DNA of 63,968 nt from IMG/VR virus record IMGVR_UViG_3300043443_000209, positions 1-63,968 of that record, one strand, 5' to 3'. How positions within the stretch are numbered: position 1 is the stretch's first letter; every line of letters begins with the position of its first letter. Below, in pieces: positions 39,264 through 47,632 of this stretch. Made by a program: the position numbers and the translations under genes. The notes under the pieces were generated by a model. It was not told where the DNA came from and searched no databases. It was given only the letters and a program-made list of their open reading frames with translations. The DNA is from a virus. Its lineage: Duplodnaviria; Caudoviricetes.

Positions 39264-39623
39264 TTACAGATCAATATTGATAGATTGTTCTACTCCAGTA
39301 TTTGCAAAATCTGCACCAGCATCCAATCTGTGCCAAATCTCTGAAACATAGTCAGATGCTTTAACAATCTTGGTTTTCATCCAAGGCTCAAAGTCATGCT
39401 CATGACATGCCTTTAAAAGTCTGTCGGAGTATTCGGCTAGTTTCTTAAGATCGGAGTAAAGAACTTCATCAACTTCAGGAGTCGGTTCCTCAACAATATC
39501 TAACTCAGTAGAAGGGGAAACCTCCACGACTGATAGTTCATCTGTTGGAGATGGGGAGGGTGCGCTCATGGCACTCTGATAAGATTCCCACATCAATTGA
39601 TTTTCCTGAGTTTTAAATTTCAT
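39264..39623 (-). CDS. Hypothetical, probable internal head protein
   Basis: MKFKTQENQLMWESY N-terminus; EPWMKTKIVKASDYV motif; late promoter motif upstream. Confidence 0.65.
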   Translation of the reverse strand: MKFKTQENQLMWESYQSAMSAPSPSPTDELSVVEVSPSTELDIVEEPTPEVDEVLYSDLKKLAEYSDRLLKACHEHDFEPWMKTKIVKASDYVSEIWHRLDAGADFANTGVEQSINIDL

Positions 39624-39643
39624 AATATTATTTAGTAAAGTTA

Positions 39644-40021
39644 TTAGATTTTATCTAAATTATCCTTCAGTTCGTTACCAGAAGTCTCTGGACGAATCAA
39701 GGCTAAAACTAAGGGAAGGACTTCTTCTCTGGCATTCGTGTAGCTCTTAGACTTGAGAACATTTTGAAGGTTTAAAAGGGTTTTGGCTTCTTCAGAGCTT
39801 GGTTGAAACAATGCAGCATCCACAAGATCTTCAATATATTGGTCCTCTGCTTCAGAAGTTAGAGGCATTTCTTGGTCAAGATTTGAGTCATCTGGTGGTA
39901 AGGGTGCTTGTCCTTGTTGGGCATCCGGTGCAGCCTGTTGATTAAGTTGATCCATCTCTTCCTGACCTTGTTCAAGAAGTTTCTGGTATTTTTCGAATAG
40001 TGCTAAAGTTTTGTATTTCAT
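39644..40021 (-). CDS. Hypothetical acidic/Gln-rich protein
   Basis: Start moved to MKYKTLALFEKY. Confidence 0.65.
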   Translation of the reverse strand: MKYKTLALFEKYQKLLEQGQEEMDQLNQQAAPDAQQGQAPLPPDDSNLDQEMPLTSEAEDQYIEDLVDAALFQPSSEEAKTLLNLQNVLKSKSYTNAREEVLPLVLALIRPETSGNELKDNLDKI

Positions 40022-40022
40022 A

Positions 40023-40469
40023 TTAATATCTGCTTCCAACATTGATGGTGTTAGTTGGTTTGTTTGAAAGTTTGGATTGTTTGAGAGATTGTTCTAATCT
40101 CTTGGTTCCTTGGTCATATACATCAACAGCTTGTTTTGCTAGTTTCTGTCTCTTTTTGACACTAGCCTTAGCTTTTTGAGGAGCAGTACCTAATGCTCTA
40201 GCAGCAAGTCCCTTTACGCCAGAATTGGCTGTAGATGCCAGTTTATCCACTTCATCATCAACACTGTAGCCTGTCTCGGCATCCTCTTCAGGATTCATTA
40301 CAGTGACCGTAATGGCGGTTTCTCCCCCTGTATCAATGTATAACATGTCGGTATCTCTAACTAATGAGACATTGATACCTTTTGACTTTAGAAAATCGAC
40401 TAGCTCCCATTTTGGGTTTTTTGCATTTTCAGGGTGAAATTCTTCACACATATTAAGAAACTTACTCAT
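40023..40469 (-). CDS. Hypothetical protein
   Basis: 148 aa; MSKFLNMCEE N-terminus; TAAATA-N5-ATG. Confidence 0.65.
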   Translation of the reverse strand: MSKFLNMCEEFHPENAKNPKWELVDFLKSKGINVSLVRDTDMLYIDTGGETAITVTVMNPEEDAETGYSVDDEVDKLASTANSGVKGLAARALGTAPQKAKASVKKRQKLAKQAVDVYDQGTKRLEQSLKQSKLSNKPTNTINVGSRY

Positions 40470-40477
40470 GCATATAT

Positions 40478-40978
40478 TTAATAAAGAACAGCTATTTTGT
40501 TCTCAATAGACTCAAAATAATCCTCTACAAGCCTTACAAAACCCTCATCCCTCAACTTTTTCTTAATTAGTTTCAGGGATTTTGGATTAGTGTCGGACAT
40601 GACATAAACCTCAAACTGGTCAATAACCGGAATATCATTATCTGCAAGCTTTTCAAGAAATTCCGTAAGAGGTAGGGGATATAACCATACTCTAAACCCA
40701 AATAGGCTTCTAGTTTTCTTAATAATTTTCTTCTGTAATTCAGTACAATCCCATTGATTGTAATAAAATACAACCCTATACTTAAAAGAGAATGATTTAA
40801 TCAATTCACAGAGATTGGTAGCAAAGAAATGGTAGTAGATCTTTTGTTGGTCCTTACCATCTAAATTGATGGACAATCCCAAAGACGATGCGTATTCATA
40901 GTATTGAATATTGGTCTTTCTGAACAGTGGGGATAAGTCCTCAAAGACAAGATTGGGGTATTTCTTAATGGAAATCAT
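40478..40978 (-). CDS. Hypothetical protein
   Basis: 166-aa ORF coupled to the upstream gene. Confidence 0.65.
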   Translation of the reverse strand: MISIKKYPNLVFEDLSPLFRKTNIQYYEYASSLGLSINLDGKDQQKIYYHFFATNLCELIKSFSFKYRVVFYYNQWDCTELQKKIIKKTRSLFGFRVWLYPLPLTEFLEKLADNDIPVIDQFEVYVMSDTNPKSLKLIKKKLRDEGFVRLVEDYFESIENKIAVLY

Positions 40979-41442
40979 GATAAATCGATCATATCAATGG
41001 ATCTTGGTTTGTCAACATAGTCCTTGGGAACCTTACCAATTCTCACATTAAGAATTCCATTATAGAATCTGTCATCCATTAGAGCATTTGTTAAGATTTG
41101 CCATATCAATTCGGAATATGTCATATGAAACTTGGAATTGCATAATTCTATAACTGTTCTAGTGAAATGCTCTATTCCATACTTTTCAATGTCACTTAGT
41201 AGTTCTTTTGATGATCCCCAATATTCCATTACATTATTGTCTGAAAATGTAATTCTATTCCTTGTCTTACCTTTTAATGGTTTCTTCTTAACTCTTTTTT
41301 GACATTGCTTCTTTCCTATGTAATATCTTTTACCATTATTTTTTATTACATCTGGATGATTACACTTGATAATGTAAACAAACCCAAAAACATCACTATA
41401 GTCCTTTGGTAGATTGATCCATTCCTTATTTGCTTTGTCCAT
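40975..41442 (-). CDS. GIY-YIG-family nuclease-like protein
   Basis: FGFVYII...YYIGKK...YWGSS..L..DI...G...F.R.VI. Confidence 0.75.
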   Translation of the reverse strand: MDKANKEWINLPKDYSDVFGFVYIIKCNHPDVIKNNGKRYYIGKKQCQKRVKKKPLKGKTRNRITFSDNNVMEYWGSSKELLSDIEKYGIEHFTRTVIELCNSKFHMTYSELIWQILTNALMDDRFYNGILNVRIGKVPKDYVDKPRSIDMIDLS

Positions 41443-41459
41443 ATCCCTATTTAGTTTTT

Positions 41460-41625
41460 GTCAATCCCCCCTTGACTCCTTGTTATTGTAGTATATAATT
41501 AAGGGTGGTGGGTGGGTATAGATCCTATATACTTTCCTTATATTTTCCCTAAAACTTTTTTCAATAACCCCCTTGACATTTCCAATTTTCGAATATAATT
41601 ATAGGGAGGGGGGCGGGCTTAGGCT
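41460..41625 (+). promoter_or_regulatory. Two tandem sigma70-type promoters, each followed by a G-tract and no gene (candidate origin or ncRNA)
   Basis: TTGACT(41472)-N16-TATAAT then aagggtggtgggtggg; TTGACA(41573)-N15-TATAAT then atagggaggggggcggg. Each unit is preceded by tcaat..ccccc. Confidence 0.6.
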
Positions 41626-41679
41626 TATTATAATATTATTATATATAGTTAAATATAGTAAAATTTGATCGCAAAAAAT

Positions 41680-42489
41680 TCACCAATCATTACAGGCAGC
41701 TTCTTGAGCAGACCCCTTTTTAGCATTTGAGCAGTTATGTCTAGCCCTAAATGACTTCTTGCGCTTAGTGTCGCCACTTTTACCTGTGACCTTAACCCCC
41801 GCTTGACCCCAATGAATTCTTTTGACACTACCATCAGGCTGTTTGGCACACTTTGTCCATTTTTTACCCTTACGATCTGAGGAAGCCTTTTTGGTAGGTT
41901 TGGTGCATTGACTTTCAGCATCCTCTTCGGAATGGACCCCCTTCAATTTTGAATAGTAATGGGGATCTTCTGCCAAATGTTGTTTAGCAATCATCACAGC
42001 AACCTTCTTATCATTTGTGTGTTCCATTTCAACCATAGCACCCCTTTTGAGTTCTTTTGGGTCATAGTTGATATTTTTATTAATAGGTTTGAAAATTTGA
42101 TTAATAGTTTCTGCTTCACAGTCTTCTTCAGGAACACAATTTGGAACCTGTTTACCATTTTTCTCCTTCATTCCTCTCTGATTGTAACCTTTCCAGCATG
42201 GGTCTTCTTCATCCTCCCAATACATCTTAGACCTTTTCTTGGCCTTTTTGGGTTTAGATGTTGGTTTAATGCCGCCCTGTCTAGTTTGGACCCTTCCAAG
42301 GACTTTTGGTATACGAGTATCCCCCGAAGCATAGTTATCCCCCGTTTCGATAGCTCCCCCTGAAGTTGGAACACCCCCCATCACTCCCCCAGCATCCATC
42401 TCAGTCAACAGAGACTCGTCTTTTTTACCCAAAACGGACTCATTGTAGATTTTTGCAATATTTTTGAAATCTTCTCTTGACAATGGCAT
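41680..42489 (-). CDS. Modular probable internal head protein (MCP N-arm-like segment plus several small phage domains)
   Basis: GDNYASGDTRIPKVL; PCWKGY...VPNCVP; GAMVEMEHT..IAKQHLAEDPHYYSKL (DUF5661-like); KRKKSFRARHNC. Confidence 0.75.
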   Translation of the reverse strand: MPLSREDFKNIAKIYNESVLGKKDESLLTEMDAGGVMGGVPTSGGAIETGDNYASGDTRIPKVLGRVQTRQGGIKPTSKPKKAKKRSKMYWEDEEDPCWKGYNQRGMKEKNGKQVPNCVPEEDCEAETINQIFKPINKNINYDPKELKRGAMVEMEHTNDKKVAVMIAKQHLAEDPHYYSKLKGVHSEEDAESQCTKPTKKASSDRKGKKWTKCAKQPDGSVKRIHWGQAGVKVTGKSGDTKRKKSFRARHNCSNAKKGSAQEAACNDW

Positions 42490-42492
42490 ATC

Positions 42493-42502
42493 ATTATTTA
42501 TA
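42493..42502 (-). promoter_or_regulatory. Late promoter with the full T4 consensus TATAAATA
   Basis: cagTATAAATAatgatATG upstream of 41680-42489; a second full copy lies at about 14768-14775 upstream of the 1632-aa gene. Confidence 0.75.
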
Positions 42503-42518
42503 CTGATGAGTAGGCATT

Positions 42519-42914
42519 ATGGATAAAAGATTCGAAGAATACTCAAAGTTGTATAAAGAGTTCGTCAACATTGACGATTTCAATATGGAGGAACGGGTTA
42601 AACGCATACCTGCGGAGAAACATTTTTGGGTTGCAAGACTTATTGAAGCCAAACAGGAAAGATTGGCACTAAGTCGTAAGAGATACATACTTAAGAAGAA
42701 GAATATCGACAAAGCCAAGGCTGAAGGGATTGTTACCCTATCAAGCAAAACTCTTAATGAGTTGGAGAAGACGAAGGACATAGAGGATATCGATGAGAAG
42801 ATTGAAGATTTGAATCTTTTGATCGAATATCTTGAATTGACGGTAAAGAACATTAGCTTTATCGCAAAGGACATTGAGAATATCATTGACCTACGAAGAC
42901 TTCAGCTTGAATGA
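42519..42914 (+). CDS. uvsY: Recombination mediator (UvsY-like)
   Basis: Helical protein directly before uvsW; ID..N, P..KH.W, IEYLE..VK.I....DI.NIID..R. Confidence 0.75.
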   Translation: MDKRFEEYSKLYKEFVNIDDFNMEERVKRIPAEKHFWVARLIEAKQERLALSRKRYILKKKNIDKAKAEGIVTLSSKTLNELEKTKDIEDIDEKIEDLNLLIEYLELTVKNISFIAKDIENIIDLRRLQLE

Positions 42915-44326
42915 TTAAATTAGATTACATCGATTCATCCAGAAGAGGGAGATTGGTCTGTGAAGAGTCAATTTTTGAAATGGTGCGTAATCATTTCTCC
43001 GAAGCCAACCCAACTGCTTCCTTCGCAAATAAGAAGTTGAAGATGCAGGGATCTAGAAAAAGGATACCTGAGAGAGATTATGCTGTTCATAAGAACGGAA
43101 GCTTTGACTTCGGACTATATAATGAGATAAGAAAATATCTTATTGCTAACAATTTTAATGATGTAGTGATGTCGGAGAGCTTTAAGGCTCAACTTAAGTG
43201 TGGATTTCCTTTTTATGTGTTTCATAACGAACTCCTATTGACCCTGCGAGACTATCAAGAGGATTGTGTGTCGAGTTGTTTGAAGGTTGGTAGAGGAACC
43301 ATTCTTGTTGGAACAGGAGGAGGCAAGTCTCTCATACAAGCATCTCTTTTGGAGAACTGGAAGAGACACAGAGGAAGTCTTAATGCACTTCTAATTGTTC
43401 CCGGTATCGGTCTTGTATCACAACTACTAAAAGACTTCGAAGATTACGGTGTGAAGTTCACTTATTCGGGATGGACAGGGGACATGCCGAAACAGAATAC
43501 GGAAGTTGTTATAGTTAATACGGAACTTCTTTGTTCGCAGTTCGCAGAGTTTCCCGAACTTCTCGATGTTGATCTGGTTCTTGGGGATGAATGTCACAAG
43601 ATTAAAAAGTCCAATCAGATTACCAAACTCATCAATAAAATTCGAACACCGAACAAGTTTGGATTTACAGGAACTCTACCATTGGAGAACATTGAGAAGT
43701 GGAAAGTTCTCGGAACATTTGGTCCTGTCGTTTACAAAAAGAAAGCAGATGAGTTAAGAGAAGAAGATTATCTCACAGATGTAAGAGTGCTATCTCTTAA
43801 AATCAATCATCCTCGTCAAGTTAAGGGATATAAAAAAGAAATTGAGGATATGGTGTCCAATAATGATCGCCATAATGTAATTAAGAAGATGACCAATGGC
43901 ATGAAGAAGAATGTTCTCATTCTTGTTAATAGAATTGAACATGGTTTAAATCTTTTGGAGACACTCGATTTTGATAATAGAAAAGTCTTCTTTATTCATG
44001 GTGAAGTTCCTGTGGAAGAACGAGCCAGAATCATAGACATAATGGAAAATAATGATGATGTTATTACCATTGCCATGTCTTCAATTTTTTCCACAGGAAT
44101 AAATATTAAAAATCTCCACTACATTATATTCGCCGCAGGTAGCAAATCGTTTACTAGAGTAGTTCAGTCCATTGGTCGTGGTCTTCGCTTACATGCTAGT
44201 AAATCCTTACTTTATGTTTTCGATATATACGACAACTATGAGTTCTCGATTAAACACCATGATGAGCGTTTACGATACTATGAGATGGAGGGTATTAAAA
44301 ATACCGAAAAGGAAATAACATTATGA
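42911..44326 (+). CDS. uvsW: SF2 DNA helicase UvsW
   Basis: LRDYQ, GTGGGKSL, DECH, GFTGTL, FSTGINIKNLH, QSIGRGLR. Confidence 0.93.
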   Translation: MIKLDYIDSSRRGRLVCEESIFEMVRNHFSEANPTASFANKKLKMQGSRKRIPERDYAVHKNGSFDFGLYNEIRKYLIANNFNDVVMSESFKAQLKCGFPFYVFHNELLLTLRDYQEDCVSSCLKVGRGTILVGTGGGKSLIQASLLENWKRHRGSLNALLIVPGIGLVSQLLKDFEDYGVKFTYSGWTGDMPKQNTEVVIVNTELLCSQFAEFPELLDVDLVLGDECHKIKKSNQITKLINKIRTPNKFGFTGTLPLENIEKWKVLGTFGPVVYKKKADELREEDYLTDVRVLSLKINHPRQVKGYKKEIEDMVSNNDRHNVIKKMTNGMKKNVLILVNRIEHGLNLLETLDFDNRKVFFIHGEVPVEERARIIDIMENNDDVITIAMSSIFSTGINIKNLHYIIFAAGSKSFTRVVQSIGRGLRLHASKSLLYVFDIYDNYEFSIKHHDERLRYYEMEGIKNTEKEITL

Positions 44327-44775
44327 TAACAAACAAAGCAATTAAAGAGAAATATTATGTATCATCAAAAAAGTTCAGAGAACTACTTGAACAATACTAC
44401 AAGGATGATAAGATGACAAATGAACTCGCAGAGAATATCGTTAAGATCGCAGAGGGTCTTAGCTATAATTGGCGTTTCATCAACTACACTAAGTCTTGGA
44501 AAGAAGAAATGGTGGGGGATGCAATCGTCAAGATGTATTCTGCATTGGAAGATAAAAAGTTTGACATTAAATGTGAATACAATCCGTTTTCATACTTCAA
44601 TCAAATCGCATGGAATGCATTCTCAAACAGAATTAAGAAAGAAAAGAGACAGCATGATGGTTTGGAAGAGTATAAGCAGAGAGTGTATGAAGAAGAAATG
44701 TCAGGTTCTACCAATGGTGGAATCTATATCAAGCCAATGTCGAATAATGATGACGAGGATGGATATTACGAATAA
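44323..44775 (+). CDS. gp55: Late-transcription sigma factor (gp55-like)
   Basis: YYV..K.F, KIAEGLS...FINYT..KEEMVGDA, NPFSYFNQIAWNAF..RIKKEK. Confidence 0.92.
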   Translation: MITNKAIKEKYYVSSKKFRELLEQYYKDDKMTNELAENIVKIAEGLSYNWRFINYTKSWKEEMVGDAIVKMYSALEDKKFDIKCEYNPFSYFNQIAWNAFSNRIKKEKRQHDGLEEYKQRVYEEEMSGSTNGGIYIKPMSNNDDEDGYYE

Positions 44776-44780
44776 ATTAA

Positions 44781-45803
44781 ATGAAAAAATCTAAAGTAGC
44801 AATATTTTCAGATCTACATTTGGGCATCTATGGTAACTCGGAAGAGTGGCATGGTGTCGCATTGAAGTGGGCTGATTGGATGGTGGAAGAGTTGAAGAAG
44901 AAAAACATCAAGGATATTTTATTCTTGGGTGACTTCTTTCATAATCGATCAGAGATTAGTGTTCAAACTATTCATGTGGCATCTCTAATTCTAGATAAGT
45001 TGAAAGATTTCAGCATCATTATGATTGTTGGTAATCATGATGCGTATTATAAGAACAGAGCAGACACACATAGTCTTGCTCTTCTTCGTGGTCATGAGAA
45101 TTTGACAATCGTTGATAGCAATTATGAGGTAGAACAGTTTGATAAGAGGATGTTATTTGTTCCTTGGAATGCAGAGTTACCAGATTCTTCATACGATTAC
45201 ATCTTTGGTCACTTCGAAATCTTAAACTTTAAGATGAATAATCATAAAGTTTGCGAACATGGATTAGATTCTATGAATCTTTTGGAGAAATCTTCCATGA
45301 TTTTCTCTGGACACTTTCATACTAGAAGCCATAAGAAGTATAAACAGGGAGATATTATCTATGTTGGTAACACTTTCCCCCAAGATTTCAACGATTATGG
45401 AGATGTTAAGGGATATTACATTCTAGATTTGGAAGATGGCGCATTGGAGTTCTACGAAAACGAAGTTTCTCCAAGGTTTGTGAAGATTTTTGCATCCAAA
45501 TTGATTCAAAAAGAGTATACATCGGATGATTTTAAGAACAATGTGATAGATTTGATTATTGATACGGAACTTACCGACAAACAAGTTGAAAAAATTCAAA
45601 CTTTGATTGCAAAACACAAACCTTTTAGGTTTTCTACGGTCTACAACACGACTTCCATAACAATTAACGATGTGAAAGAGATAGATTCTCTCAATCTTGA
45701 AGAGGAAATCGATAGTTATGTGGATAATATCAAGCTTGAAGACGAACAACCAAAGAGAGTGAAGGAAATTTTAAAGAAATTATATGAAGGAAATAATCTA
45801 TAA
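44781..45803 (+). CDS. gp47: Recombination nuclease subunit (gp47, Mre11/SbcD-like)
   Basis: SDLHLG, LGDFF, GNHD, GHFE, SGHFH. Confidence 0.93.
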   Translation: MKKSKVAIFSDLHLGIYGNSEEWHGVALKWADWMVEELKKKNIKDILFLGDFFHNRSEISVQTIHVASLILDKLKDFSIIMIVGNHDAYYKNRADTHSLALLRGHENLTIVDSNYEVEQFDKRMLFVPWNAELPDSSYDYIFGHFEILNFKMNNHKVCEHGLDSMNLLEKSSMIFSGHFHTRSHKKYKQGDIIYVGNTFPQDFNDYGDVKGYYILDLEDGALEFYENEVSPRFVKIFASKLIQKEYTSDDFKNNVIDLIIDTELTDKQVEKIQTLIAKHKPFRFSTVYNTTSITINDVKEIDSLNLEEEIDSYVDNIKLEDEQPKRVKEILKKLYEGNNL

Positions 45804-47598
45804 GACCCTAAAGGGACAAAACTTCTTAAGCATTGGTAATGAAGAGATACATATTGACATCAAGAATGGTCTTAATCTCATTACTGGTAGAGATGTGGAC
45901 AACCCTGAACGTAAGAATGGGTGCGGTAAGTCAACTATCTCAGAACTTTTCTATTATGCATTGTATGGCACGACTGTTCGTAACATCAATAAAGAGTTTG
46001 TAATCAACACTGAGACTAAAGGAAAGGGTAATATTGAGCTTGTGTTCGATGTTAAGACCCCAAAAGGAACCAAAACATATAAGATTGTTAGAGTTTTGAA
46101 GCCTTCTTCAGTTGCTTTGTATCAAATTACCGACAAGGAAGAAGATATTTCAAAGGATAGCATCGCAAACACCAACAAATACATATGTGATCTGATTTCT
46201 TCCAATGAAGAGATAAGTAAATCGTGCGATATACTATCATTATCGGATAGTGTGTCGTTTATGGCACAAAAACCAGACAAAAAACGCAAATTTATCGAAG
46301 ATATATTCAGTTTAGAGATACTTGGACTGATGTTGAAGGATTTGAAGGAACTTATTAAGAATAATAAGTCTGAAATCACTATTATTGAGACAAGAATAGC
46401 TGAAATTACCGAAAGCAAGGACACTTTGAAGCGTCAATATGAAAATTTACTCAAACAGAAGGAAGAAAGAGAGACTAAACTCATTAAACGCAAGGAAGAA
46501 CTTGAAAAAGAGATAGAAACACTTAAAAAACAGATAGAAGAGATGGTTATTCCATCAATTGGTGAACTTTTGGATGAGAAGAAGAAGTATGAAACAGCAT
46601 CTACCAAAGTTGATGAAGAAATTACTAAATTAAATGGTGCAATAGCGATATTAAAAAATAAAATTGGAGATAATAAGAAATATATCGAAGATAATAATAA
46701 TATTAAGTTAGGAACTAAATGTGAACATTGTAAACAAGATATTCCAGAGGATTCATCATATCTTAAAGAAATAAATCACAACTGTAGTGAACAAATTAAA
46801 CGCTGGGAGGAGATTTTAATCGAGAAAAATGATGAACTTGTTAGGAAAAAAGATCTTAAATCAAAAATTAAATTAAAAATAGATAAGATTGTAGATGAAG
46901 TATCATCGATAAGGCTTAAAGAGACGGAAAAGAAAACCAATGAAGCTAAATTACACAGAATTTCTGCTGAATTGAGGGGGGTTGAAGAGGATCTTAAGAG
47001 TGAAATTAAGTCTATGGACTCTTTTGATGAGGATATTGCTAATATTGAGAAGAAGTTGAAGGATAATACAGATAAATTAGCCACTTTAAACCAAGAAAAG
47101 AGCGATTTAGAGATTTGTAAGTTCGTTTTAGGAGAGGAAGGCATCAAATCTGTCATCGTTAAGAAGCTTTTAGACCTATTAAATGCCAGTATTCAGAAAT
47201 ATATCACTGGATTGGGTATGAAAATCACTTGTAAGTTCGATGAATACTTCGAAGAACACATTACTAACCCCAAAGGTAAGAAATTATCATACTGGAACCT
47301 GTCCGGTGGAGAAAGAAGAACCGTAGACCTTGCTTGTGCATGGGCATTTAAGGACACCAAGCGTAAAATCTCTGGTGTAACCTCTAATGTGGAGTTTCTG
47401 GATGAGATTTTTGACTCTGCATTCGATGAGAGAGGGTTGGATCTGTTCATTGAGCTATTAAAGGAAAGAATTCATAAGGAAAAACTGTCTTGTTATGCAA
47501 TTTCGCACAGAAAAGAAACACTTAAACACATTGATGGTGAGATAATTGTTCTTGAGAAGGAAAATAGTGTGACCAGAAGAGTAATTGAGGATAATTGA
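45784..47598 (+). CDS. gp46: Recombination ATPase subunit (gp46, Rad50/SbcC-like)
   Basis: NFLSIG, NGCGKS, zinc hook CEHC, LSGGE, LDEIFDS, ISH. Confidence 0.94.
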   Translation: MKEIIYKTLKGQNFLSIGNEEIHIDIKNGLNLITGRDVDNPERKNGCGKSTISELFYYALYGTTVRNINKEFVINTETKGKGNIELVFDVKTPKGTKTYKIVRVLKPSSVALYQITDKEEDISKDSIANTNKYICDLISSNEEISKSCDILSLSDSVSFMAQKPDKKRKFIEDIFSLEILGLMLKDLKELIKNNKSEITIIETRIAEITESKDTLKRQYENLLKQKEERETKLIKRKEELEKEIETLKKQIEEMVIPSIGELLDEKKKYETASTKVDEEITKLNGAIAILKNKIGDNKKYIEDNNNIKLGTKCEHCKQDIPEDSSYLKEINHNCSEQIKRWEEILIEKNDELVRKKDLKSKIKLKIDKIVDEVSSIRLKETEKKTNEAKLHRISAELRGVEEDLKSEIKSMDSFDEDIANIEKKLKDNTDKLATLNQEKSDLEICKFVLGEEGIKSVIVKKLLDLLNASIQKYITGLGMKITCKFDEYFEEHITNPKGKKLSYWNLSGGERRTVDLACAWAFKDTKRKISGVTSNVEFLDEIFDSAFDERGLDLFIELLKERIHKEKLSCYAISHRKETLKHIDGEIIVLEKENSVTRRVIEDN

Positions 47599-47632
47599 TC
47601 TTGACTTGATGACATTACCACTTAATTATTGT

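Noticed and set aside
41443-41679. tRNA or other known structured RNA in the intergenic gap
   Set aside because: No cloverleaf or T-loop GTTCGA motif was recognised here or in other gaps; a covariance search was not run.
41649-41921. 90-aa alternative-frame ORF overlapping the 269-aa gene (possible frameshift product)
   Set aside because: The main frame already encodes the recognisable C-terminal domain, and I saw no convincing slippery site.
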